Of a stretch of DNA of 64,000 nucleotides, positions 25,762 through 36,850 are shown one piece after another (within the stretch, counting starts at the first letter, position 1; every line of letters starts with the position of its first letter). Made by a program: the position numbers and the translations under genes. The notes under the pieces were generated by a model, which ran no database searches, was not told the origin of the DNA, and saw only the letters and a list, made by a program, of their open reading frames with translations. The DNA is from Octopus bimaculoides (Eukaryota). The stretch spans positions 57,566,983-57,630,982 of the forward strand of contig NC_068985.1 of assembly GCF_001194135.2 (NCBI RefSeq), in the 5' to 3' direction.

Positions 25762-27023
25762 NNNNNNNNNNNNNNNNNNNNNNNNNNNNNNNNNNNNNNN
25801 NNNNNNNNNNNNNNNNNNNNNNNNNNNNNNNNNNNNNNNNNNNNNNNNNNNNNNNNNNNNNNNNNNNNNNNNNNNNNNNNNNNNNNNNNNNNNNNNNNNN
25901 NNNNNNNNNNNNNNNNNNNNNNNNNNNNNNNNNNNNNNNNNNNNNNNNNNNNNNNNNNNNNNNNNNNNNNNNNNNNNNNNNNNNNNNNNNNNNNNNNNNN
26001 NNNNNNNNNNNNNNNNNNNNNNNNNNNNNNNNNNNNNNNNNNNNNNNNNNNNNNNNNNNNNNNNNNNNNNNNNNNNNNNNNNNNNNNNNNNNNNNNNNNN
26101 NNNNNNNNNNNNNNNNNNNNNNNNNNNNNNNNNNNNNNNNNNNNNNNNNNNNNNNNNNNNNNNNNNNNNNNNNNNNNNNNNNNNNNNNNNNNNNNNNNNN
26201 NNNNNNNNNNNNNNNNNNNNNNNNNNNNNNNNNNNNNNNNNNNNNNNNNNNNNNNNNNNNNNNNNNNNNNNNNNNNNNNNNNNNNNNNNNNNNNNNNNNN
26301 NNNNNNNNNNNNNNNNNNNNNNNNNNNNNNNNNNNNNNNNNNNNNNNNNNNNNNNNNNNNNNNNNNNNNNNNNNNNNNNNNNNNNNNNNNNNNNNNNNNN
26401 NNNNNNNNNNNNNNNNNNNNNNNNNNNNNNNNNNNNNNNNNNNNNNNNNNNNNNNNNNNNNNNNNNNNNNNNNNNNNNNNNNNNNNNNNNNNNNNNNNNN
26501 ATATATACACTCGTTTTTGGTAGGTGAGTTCAGTAAAGAATTTAGATTCAAAATTGAATGTGGCATTTACGTTTAGTCACCAGAATATAGTATGTTATTA
26601 TCCAAACAATTCCAAAGACAAGGTGATCAAAAATCAAACAATGCAACATGGATTTTATAGATTATTGCAATACGCACGTTTCATGCTACTCCATTTATTT
26701 AAGCAATACGAGTATTACATTAAATGTAAAATGCAGAGCAATCTTCATCCGCACAAGGATAGAGAAAATTTACTGAACATTTCATTTCAGCAGAATGGAC
26801 ATATTACTGTTGTAACAACATTTAAACAATCTAAGTGGGAAAGAAGAATATAAAAAAAACATCTTGACATAGCCAAGCCTAGCAGGCTAGCAATTAATTC
26901 TAGGTAGAATTCTAACTGTCCCTGATTTTATTTGTTTCTTATCTAGTGATTTAAAGCTTGAGGGGGCAATCAACCTTTCACTTATAAGGAAAGGGAAGGG
27001 GTAAACATTATACATGGATATGC

Positions 27024-27240
27024 TTATAAAGATTCCTTTTTACTAATTCTCTTCCTTATTCTTTCAATGAATGATTTATTGTTGCTAAGGATGATGAATA
27101 AAGCATCATCCCTATATAAACCGTATAAACCGCCCCTTAGCTCCGGGATTTCATTATTTAAGCTATATAAGAGGTATGCTCCTACTAGATTCGTAATTTC
27201 AGCCGAGTCACTCGACCCCCATCGCGATATCCAAGTTATC
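27024..27240 (-). mobile_element. Penelope-like RT fragment
   Basis: WGSSDSAEITNLVGAYLL...GLYGLYRDDALFII...IERIRKRI (ORF 27024-27299) resembles the PLE MGSYDGAEVCELVG...GLYRDD motifs. Confidence 0.8.
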
Positions 27241-27412
27241 TGGAGTATCGGCCCTACTCTAGGACCACGGTATCCAGGGTGGATAAAATAGAAATTCAAG
27301 GGAAGCTGGTTTGGAGATAGAGATATAAATAACCACCATTACACTTTACACACACAACATATTTATACATGTATACACACATACATATACACAAACAAAC
27401 ATATATACATAC

Positions 27413-27451
<39 letters not shown>

Positions 27452-28129
27452 CTGAGTGAAAAAACGAACGAGAGATAAACAGAAGGTCCGCAATTCTTTA
27501 TCAGTTATCGACCAATTGGTGATATTCAGTTTCGCACACACACGAGACCGCTGAAATCTACAAGTATTTTTCATTCTTGCTCTCTGTTTATTTTCTCTTA
27601 TTTTGGGTATGCAACCAGTAAGTAATCACACAGTGATAGTGCTATAAGTTCGGCTTTGACAGAGATTTAAATGTTGAGTGGAGAGAGAGAAAGAAGAATA
27701 ACAAGAAAAGGCAGGGAGAAGGAGAAGAATCTCTATGATATAGGGGGAAGTAATAAATGTCAAAAAGATGAAACTGAGAGACGTGGGTAGCAAGTAAAAT
27801 TAAGATCATGATCAAAGGCAGAGCCACTGTTGGTCAGGCCCTTAAAACAATTAAGGACGGTAGCTAGCTATACAAAGACAGAGGAAGATATAAGTAATGA
27901 ACTGAAGGAACAGAGGTTGTGGTAAAATAGGAGGTGTATATGTGAACGTGTGGAGGATGGTACAAGGAGAATACAGGAAGAAAATAATGTTAGAATAGCT
28001 AAATAATATAGAACTACAATCGAAGTTAGGAGAAATCAGGAAAAAATGGACATAATGGGCAAAAGTGGAATATGATTTCTGCTTACGTGAGATGATTACC
28101 TCAGAGAACATATTGAGTATAGAGGTATC

Positions 28130-28385
28130 ATGACAGTGAAGGATGAGAAACTTGTCAGCCAGCCACATTGTTCTAGGTTCAGTCCCACTGTGTCGCATCT
28201 AGACTAGGTGTCTTCAACTGTAGCTTCAGGCTTACCAAAGTATTTGTACCTGTGCCTTCCCTGCACCTCTTCACAACCCAAGTTTGTTTGTGTTTACGTG
28301 GCCGTTATCTAGCGGTTCAGTGATAGAGACTGATTGAATATGTACAAGTCTTCGAAAAACAGAGGTCAATTCATTCGATTAAACT
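28130..28385 (+). mobile_element. SINE family B, decayed, internally deleted
   Basis: ccacattgttctaggttcagtcccactg...gtgtttacgtggccgttatctagcggttcag. Confidence 0.65.
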
Positions 28386-28456
28386 CAACTAAATAATTAA
28401 AATATAACAAGTTTGTATGTGCGTGTAAACACATTGACGCACACACACAGACACAG

Positions 28457-28488
<32 letters not shown>

Positions 28489-28670
28489 GTATATGAGTGA
28501 GCACCGAAACGCGTATTTGTAAGTATGAGTTTATGCGTGCGCTTGTCTGATCGTCTATAAATATCTCTGTCTCTATCTATATATTTATATATGTATGTAT
28601 ATATNNNNNNNNNNTAACTCACAAAGGCAAAAGAAGAAAAAAAAATAACGAACTAAACTAGACATAGTTA

Positions 28671-28728
28671 ATCATGTACATGTTTCTGGCGTAGAAGGAA
28701 AAACTCTTCATTACCTCATCAGTATGAT
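28671..28728 (-). ncRNA. Type-I hammerhead ribozyme motif (predicted GUA cleavage)
   Basis: atcata CTGATGA GG-taat-GAAG-agtttttc-CTTC-tacg-CC a GAAAC-AT-GT A catgat; palindromic stem III ACATGT. Confidence 0.7.
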
Positions 28729-29250
28729 ATTCCAGTTGCAAATTCGACGATGCTAACAATTGTGCATGTATGACTGAGCGCCATCATAACAATCGACACA
28801 ATTTGAAAGCATCTCCGAACCTGCATAGGCCAGCCAGCTCATCATCCCTCCTCAAGAAATTACCATGTGCGTCGCAGGCAATACCGCAGACAATCTGCGG
28901 TTTACTATCCGGGAGTGAATAATTATTGCAATTAAAAGGGTAAAGGATTATCAATTTATTCATTTATTAATAAATTAACGATTAATAATTTTTACCAAGC
29001 CCTTCGGTATGTGAGCACCGTTATCGGTGAGGAACTTATTTTAAAGTTCTTATACATTTATAAACATAATTAAGGGATCAGCAACAGTTGCTTCACCACA
29101 TACCGAAGTTCAGAAACAGCAGCTAAAATGCTGAAACTCCAACAGGTTGGCCTATGTGGGTTCGGAGGTGCTTCCAAGTTTTGTCGATGCATGATGTTCA
29201 CTCTGTCATACATGCACAATTGCTAGCACCGTCGAATCTACAACGGGAAT

Positions 29251-29308
29251 ATCATACTGAAGAGGAAATGGAGTTTTATCGCTCCTAAGCCAGAAACGTG
29301 TCTATGAT
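29251..29308 (+). ncRNA. Type-I hammerhead ribozyme motif (predicted GUC cleavage after 29302)
   Basis: ATCATA CTGAAGA GG-aaat-GGAG-ttttatcg-CTCC-taag-CC a GAAAC-GT-GT C TATGAT; perfect 6-bp stem I. Confidence 0.75.
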
Positions 29309-30013
29309 TAACTTCGAATGGTTAGTTTTCATTGTTCTTTCTTCTTGTTTTGCCTTTGTGGGTTACAAGTAATGCTATCTGTTGGAGTCTCAGCATTTTG
29401 GCTGCTATTTCTGAACTTCGGTATGTGGTGAAGCAACTGTTTNNNNNNNNNNNNNNNNNNNNNNNNNNNNNNNNNNNNNNNNNNNNNNNNNNNNNNNNNN
29501 NNNNNNNNNNNNNNNNNNNNNNNNNNNNNNNNNNNNNNNNNNNNNNNNNNNNNNNNNNNNNNNNNNNNNNNNNNNNNNNNNNNNNNNNNNNNNNNNNNNN
29601 NNNNNNNNNNNNNNNNNNNNNNNNNNNNNNNNNNNNNNNNNNNNNNNNNNNNNNNNNNNNNNNNNNNNNNNNNNNNNNNNNNNNNNNNNNNNNNNNNNNN
29701 NNNNNNNNNNNNNNNNNNNNNNNNNNNNNNNNNNNNNNNNNNNNNNNNNNNNNNNNNNNNNNNNNNNNNNNNNNNNNNNNNNNNNNNNNNNNNNNNNNNN
29801 NNNNNNNNNNNNNNNNNNNNNNNNNNNNNNNNNNNNNNNNNNNNNNNNNNNNNNNNNNNNNNNNNNNNNNNNNNNNNNNNNNNNNNNNNNNNNNNNNNNN
29901 NNNNNNNNNNNNNNNNNNNNNNNNNNNNNNNNNNNNNNNNNNNNNNNNNNNNNNNNNNNNNNNNNNNNNNNNNNNNNNNNNNNNNNNNNNNNNNNNNNNN
30001 NNNNNNNNNNNNN

Positions 30014-30066
<53 letters not shown>

Positions 30067-30357
30067 AAGCGGTAATGATTACTAGATTATCTCTTTAGAG
30101 TAGCGTTATTAAATGTGCATGGTGCACCTGTAACCATACAGACACCTGCCAGACATATTAGATTCTGAGGGTACATAAATTATTATTAGGACGGAAATGA
30201 TGACAGCAATTCAAAAGAATTATACAAATTAAAGAACGTCACAAGATGTTAGAAAGAAATAGTCTAACAGGCATATTAATTTCACCTCTGTTTTTCTGTC
30301 TCTCTTTCTTACTATCTAATTTATTTACCTCTTACGCATCAAACATATTTACTTCAT

Positions 30358-30387
30358 GCACACACACACACACACACACACCCACAC

Positions 30388-30452
<65 letters not shown>

Positions 30453-30484
30453 TGTGTGTGTGGGGGTGTGTGTGTGTGTGTGTG
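30358..30484. repeat. (CA)n followed by (TG)n
   Basis: Read directly. Confidence 0.95.
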
Positions 30485-30489
30485 AATGA

Positions 30490-31210
30490 CTTTTGACCAA
30501 TGTTATTTTTCTTTTTCTTTTGACATTCGATAGTCGTTAATTTTAGCTTACTTTACAAGCAAATAGAATGTAATTTTGTTTACAGCTATTACTTCAGCGT
30601 TAATTTTGACATGGTGTGCAAAAACGAAAATTTTCGCCATATTTTGTGTTTTTATTTTCGTAAATGCAAGAAAACTGCTGAGGTTCACACAGTCATGTGA
30701 AATGTATAGTTAGGGTTAGGGTTAGGGTTCTGCATAACTGAACACGCATGTCAAAAATGGTTTTTAAAATTCTGTTCTGAAGATTTTCCACCCAAAGATA
30801 ACTAACGTTGAGGTCGACCCACTGAAGTTGGTAAAGACCGAATCGAAGCCATAATTGAATCTGATTGTCATATAACTGTTTGAGAGATTGCAGAGAGGTT
30901 AAGTGTATCACACACAACAAATGAAAATCACTTAAAATATCATAGACTCGTTAGGAGGATCGATATTTGAGTTCCACATAAATTGAAATAGATTAACTTA
31001 GGACAACCAAAAAATATTTGTGATATGCATCTCAAACGCAATGAAATCGACCTGTTTTTTAAGCGAATCTTCACTGGTGATGAAATATGAATTGTCTACA
31101 ATAACATAAATCGAAAACGATCATGGTACTAGCGTAATGAACCAGCACAAACCGCATCGAAAGCTGAATTGCATCAAAAAAGGTCATACTGTCAATATGG
31201 TAGGATTACA
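30490..31210 (+). mobile_element. Mariner (mellifera-like) 5' part, pseudogenised
   Basis: ATG at 30611: MVCKNENFRHILCFYFRK...ACQKWF...GRPTEV...EIAERLSVSHT...VPHKL...KRIFTGDE...RKRSW...SKAELHQKK. Truncated before the second D. Confidence 0.9.
30709..30729 (+). repeat. Interstitial telomeric repeat (TTAGGG)3
   Basis: gttagggttagggttagggtt inside the mariner CDS. Confidence 0.85.
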
Positions 31211-32066
31211 CACCGACACACACATACACTCAGACATATATGTATGTATGCATGTGTGTATATAAATAAAATATAAAGATAACATGTAGATAAGATTTTA
31301 TCGAGTAGCTAGCGTGTAAACCAACTAACGAAATAAATTAATACAAGGTATGTAATTCTTTCCTATATATATAAAGTACGTTATATTTAGGGCTATACCT
31401 GTGCGTAAAAGCCACACACTTTAATGGGACTCTAAAGTCAAACTACTTCAATAAGTATACACATGCGCCGACATTGAGGGAATTAAAGCTAGGAGAAATT
31501 CCTTCAATAAAAAAAAAGGTTTAGTCGTATACCATTAATGATTTCATGGTCACCATGTATTACCATGTTCTCATGTTCCTGAATATGAACATAACCGTAA
31601 TAAATAAATATATTAACATCTGTACATACCAAAGGAACACAACGCATCCGCTAGCGCATATACAAATGTTTACACTTATAAATCCAATTTAAAGTGATCT
31701 GTGACTAGTTCATCTCGCCACGTCTGTATAATCGTAAGGATTCAGCACTGAATATATTCCGGGTCAATATTTGTAAATAAAATATATGAATAATATATGA
31801 ATAAAATCTATATAAGATTTTATCGAGTAGCCAGCGTGTAAACCAACTAAGGACCAAAATCAATATAACGTACCTAATTTTTTACTCTATATATAAAATA
31901 CCTTATGATATCTATATGTACATCTATATATATATANNNNNNNNNNNNNNNNNNNNNNNNNNNNNNNNNNNNNNNNNNNNNNNNNNNNNNNNNNNNNNNN
32001 NNNNNNNNNNNNNNNNNNNNNNNNNNNNNNNNNNNNNNNNNNNNNNNNNNNNNNNNNNNNNNNNNN

Positions 32067-34640
32067 TCAGTGAATAGTTTTTGTAATAGGTTAAAAATAC
32101 CATATGTTAGAAATTTCATTGATGAAGTTAATTTAAGTAATGTAATTGGAAATGATAAAACAAAAAAAAACATTTGCCGGAAAATGTTAAGACATATAAA
32201 TGTCAACATTTGTTATAAACTTGGTAAGAAGAAATGTAATAACTTATCTAATTATAATAAGCTGCTATCTAAAATCAGTCTTGAATGTTTGAAAGAAATA
32301 TAGTTATGAGATTGTGAATGTGATAATTCGGAATTTTGTTATAAAGAAACAAAGCATGTTTATACAGGAAATTTGGATATTATTAAAAATAGGCAACTAA
32401 GAGACATTATGAGTAAAGAGACAAAAAAAAAAAAAGAGAACTAAGTAGAATTAGTAAATATAATTTAAAGAAAGTTATATTAATGAGTTCATACAATAGC
32501 TGGGTTAGCAAATTAACTTATATGTTAGTTAAATATTTAAAGAAATCCGATAATTGGATAGATATAAACCACTAGTTAAAGAATATATAGATGGATTACA
32601 TAAAAGCTATGTAATGGCAGCAGATAAAGCAGCAGGGAATTTTGTAGTAGTTGCGAAACATATTATATGATGGTTGTTGGTAAAGCGTTAGGAGTGGATA
32701 AGGAATTTAAATTTATAACTAACAACACATACAAAAATAGAAATATTAATATTTCTAAGTCTCTCTAAAGGAGACTACGGCAGCGGTACAGGATATTAAT
32801 AGTTATCGCCAAGCTAACATAACAGTCCTGAAAAACATGAGGAATGCTGCCGTTGATTAGCTCCAAGAGGAAATCGCTTGTAGCTAGCTATGTGACACAC
32901 ACGAACCTGTGTCCATTATAACCTTCGAACAGGGGAGGTCAGTCACTTCCCCTTGCTGGTCTGACATCTACAAACTAGGTTCAGGGTATTTTCCCCTTAT
33001 CAATATAGAGCAGCCGGACTAGGCAGGTGTCGCTACTTACCCTCTGTTCGAAGGACTATTTACCTAAATTCACTGGTTATCAAAAATAGAAATATTAATA
33101 TGTCTACGTCTCTCTAAAGGAGTCTACGGCAGTGGTACTGGATATTAATATTTATCGCCAAGCCAACATGGCAGTCCAGAAAAATAGGACGAATGCTGCC
33201 GTTGATTAGCTCTAAGAGGCCATCGCCTCAAGCTAGCTATGTGACACACAAAACTGTAGATGTCAGACCAGCAAGGGGAAGCGGCTGACCTCCCCTGTTT
33301 GAAGGTTATAATGGACACAGGTTCGTGTGTCACATAGCTAGCTAGAGGTCATTTCCTCTTGGAGCTTATCAACGGCAGCATTCGTTCTATTTTTCCGGAC
33401 TGCCATGTTAGCTTGGCGATAACTATTAATATCCAGTACTGCTGCCGTAGTCTCCTTTAGAGAGACTTAGAAATATTAATATTTCTATTTTTGTACGTGT
33501 TTTTAGATATAAACATAAATACCTTATCTACTCCTAACTATTTATCAGCAACCATCATATAATATTTTTACAAATTACTACAAATTCCCTGCTGCTTTAT
33601 CTGCTGGTACTATTACATACCTTTTATGTAATTCATCTATATATTCTTTAACTAGTGGTTTATACAGAACTGAATCTTTCCCCATCCACTTATCGTAATT
33701 CTTTAAATATTCAACTACCATATAAGTTAATTTGCTAACCCAGCTATTTTTGGAGTGTTAGATCAACTAAGAAATTTCTGGATAGACTGATCAAATGTAA
33801 CAAAGTTATGAATAAGTATGTGTATGATTTTTCGACACTATATACAAAGCTGAAACTTAAATGTGTAGAAGATTTTATCTTTAGAATATTAGATATCATT
33901 TTTAATAATGGATATAAATGTATATATTAAAAGAATGGTAAAGGTTTCTTATCTAATTGTTGCTATAAGTGATATACTAATATAAGTAAAAGAAAGATGA
34001 AAGAAACGGTTAGTTTTATTAATTCGTTTGTAATATTTGCGGGTAGAGTGTTTGAGCAGGTTAGGGGAATTCCAATGGGTGGCAATTTAGCCCCCTATTG
34101 GATGATCTTTATCTTTCTTCATGCGAGTTCCTTTTTCTTAAAGACCTATGTGCGAGGAAAAATGTGAGTTTGTTTAAACCACTTCATGGATGCTGCTGAT
34201 ACATAGATGATATATTTATACCTAATTATGGTTTCTTCGAATTTTTACTCAGAAAAATATACCCTAGTGAGTTTATAGTCGCCAGAAATGATAACAATAC
34301 AAGAAGTATTAATTATTTAGATGTTAATCTAATAATTAAGGATCATAATGGAATATATAATGGCATTTAAAATAAAACACTTGGTTTCCAAGTGGCTTTA
34401 ATGCCATGGTTCAGTAGTTGAATTCCTTCTTTCATTGAGCAAATTGTTAAATATAGTACTATTATTAATTATGCTAATAAATTTTTGGAAAGAATAAATA
34501 AACTGTTAAGACATTTAATAAAACAAGGATATAAATATGGTAAACAGTTTACAACTTCTAATCACTGTTTATGTGGGAAACTTGAAATTTTAAGTAAATA
34601 TAGGGTAATATCTGGTTTTTAACTTAGCAAATATTTGTGA
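32067..34640 (+). mobile_element. Penelope-like element, probably Naiad-type, decayed and internally rearranged
   Basis: CECDNSEFCYKETKHVYTGNLDIIKNRQLRDIMSK; ADKAAGNFVV; FWSVRSTK...YDFSTLYT; FAGRVFEQVRGIPMGGN; *YIDD near 34200; LIKQGYK at the C-terminus. No GIY-YIG after the RT. Confidence 0.75.
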
Positions 34641-35106
34641 GGATTTGAAATGTTTACGATTCGAGTTCTTTGCTTACTACGTCACCAATATTGTTTGAGA
34701 CAATAGAGGAAGTAGTAACTACGCACTACATCATCAATAGTTAAGATAGTCCTTTTAAATTCTTGGACATGGTACCGCGTGGCTGTTAAAATTTGTAGTC
34801 TTATTATCTTTTAAACAGTTTTTAGCTTTAAACATAGCAAGGTTTTATGATAAAAGTTAATTACAAGTACTTTTATTTGTTCCTACTTAATAAGATTTTA
34901 TGTTTCTATTAGTTACTGGTAATTTAATATTATGGCTTGTAGTGGTGATATATTAATGAGTATTTAGTGCTTTATCATTATCTTTTGAATGATGAAATAA
35001 TGTACTTCACTTACAATTGTTATATTATTAGTTAAATTAAATTCAATCGTGTTTTGTTTTGGAGAGATTTATATAAAGCGTTAACTTTTTTTTTATCATA
35101 GTTGTA

Positions 35107-35470
35107 ACTACGGAAGACTGGTGGGATTATTATTTTTATGGACTTAAAGATTGGTCGCTATTTAGCATTTAATTTAGTTATTGCAGGTTTACTATTAATA
35201 CTGATACGATGTACATTGGTTTATGCGTTTCTTTGTTGTAATTTTATTAAAGTTAGTGATTAATCCTGCCTATAAATTGAATGAATGTGGTGCACTTTTA
35301 TATTATACTATGGAAAACCGTAGGGATTATAATTTTTGCATGACTTAATGATTTGGTCACTGATTAGTTACGTATTTAGGAGTTGGCTGCAATTTAATTA
35401 TTGAATTTATTTACCGATACGGTTGTAAAAGTTGGTGGAAAAATATTAAACTTATTTACCAATACGTTTG
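35107..35470 (+). repeat. Diverged tandem repeat (period about 200 bp) downstream of the PLE ORF
   Basis: ggaagactggtgggattattatttttatggacttaaagattggtcgc versus ggaaaaccgtagggattataatttttgcatgacttaatgatttggtcac. Confidence 0.5.
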
Positions 35471-35621
35471 TACATAAGGCAAATCTGTATGAAAGTTGTA
35501 TAGAAAAGAAGGCTTATTTTTATTCACATAAGATTTTTAATAAATAAATTTATTATCTGTTTTATATCTGTTTCATTATATATAAACATAAATCGGTCCT
35601 CAAATAACTTACGCTCCCTGT

Positions 35622-35704
<83 letters not shown>

Positions 35705-36682
35705 NNNNNNNNNNNNNNNNNNNNNNNNNNNNNNNNNNNNNNNNNNNNNNNNNNNNNNNNNNNNNNNNNNNNNNNNNNNNNNNNNNNNNNNNNNNNNNNN
35801 NNNNNNNNNNNNNNNNNNNNNNNNNNNNNNNNNNNNNNNNNNNNNNNNNNNNNNNNNNNNNNNNNNNNNNNNNNNNNNNNNNNNNNNNNNNNNNNNNNNN
35901 NNNNNNNNNNNNNNNNNNNNNNNNNNNNNNNNNNNNNNNNNNNNNNNNNNNNNNNNNNNNNNNNNNNNNNNNNNNNNNNNNNNNNNNNNNNNNNNNNNNN
36001 NNNNNNNNNNNNNNNNNNNNNNNNNNNNNNNNNNNNNNNNNNNNNNNNNNNNNNNNNNNNNNNNNNNNNNNNNNNNNNNNNNNNNNNNNNNNNNNNNNNN
36101 NNNNNNNNNNNNNNNNNNNNNNNNNNNNNNNNNNNNNNNNNNNNNNNNNNNNNNNNNNNNNNNNNNNNNNNNNNNNNNNNNNNNNNNNNNNNNNNNNNNN
36201 NNNNNNNNNNNNNNNNNNNNNNNNNNNNNNNNNNNNNNNNNNNNNNNNNNNNNNNNNNNNNNNNNNNNNNNNNNNNNNNNNNNNNNNNNNNNNNNNNNNN
36301 NNNNNNNNNNNNNNNNNNNNNNNNNNNNNNNNNNNNNNNNNNNNNNNNNNNNNNNNNNNNNNNNNNNNNNNNNNNNNNNNNNNNNNNNNNNNNNNNNNNN
36401 NNNNNNNNNNNNNNNNNNNNNNNNNNNNNNNNNNNNNNNNNNNNNNNNNNNNNNNNNNNNNNNNNNNNNNNNNNNNNNNNNNNNNNNNNNNNNNNNNNNN
36501 NNNNNNNNNNNNNNNNNNNNNNNNNNNNNNNNNNCACACACGGGACTTATATACGTGGTGATATATTTGATTAGAGTGAAATGTAAACTAGGTTTAACAA
36601 CTCTGGAAATTTTGAGCAATTTTCAAACAGGTGTTTCAGTTATGAATCTACGTAATTGGTTATTCGCAAGTTATATGCACTC

Positions 36683-36850
36683 CTACCTACCTACCTACCT
36701 ACCTACCTACCTACCTACCTACCTACCTACCTACCTACCTACCTACATACATACATACATACCTACCTACCTACGTACCCAAATACCTACCTACCTACCT
36801 ACCTACCTAACTAACTACCTACCTACCTAACTAACTATCTAACTACCTGC
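36683..36850. repeat. (CCTA)n tetranucleotide with variants
   Basis: Read directly. Confidence 0.95.

Larger units (their letters stand above)
28615..29442. mobile_element. PLE terminus with inverted pLTR architecture
   Basis: 28615-28835 is the reverse complement of 29145-29365, and 29083-29145 is the reverse complement of 29379-29441. Both long arms carry hammerhead motifs. Confidence 0.75.

Noticed and set aside
31291-33250. Spaced direct repeats as a CRISPR-like array
   Set aside because: Only 2-3 copies with long irregular spacing in eukaryotic DNA, and no cas genes.
34195-34210. In-frame TGA before YIDD as possible selenocysteine (some Naiads are reported to recode TGA)
   Set aside because: The position is the conserved Arg of RYIDD; CGA-to-TGA decay is simpler, and the copy has many other lesions.
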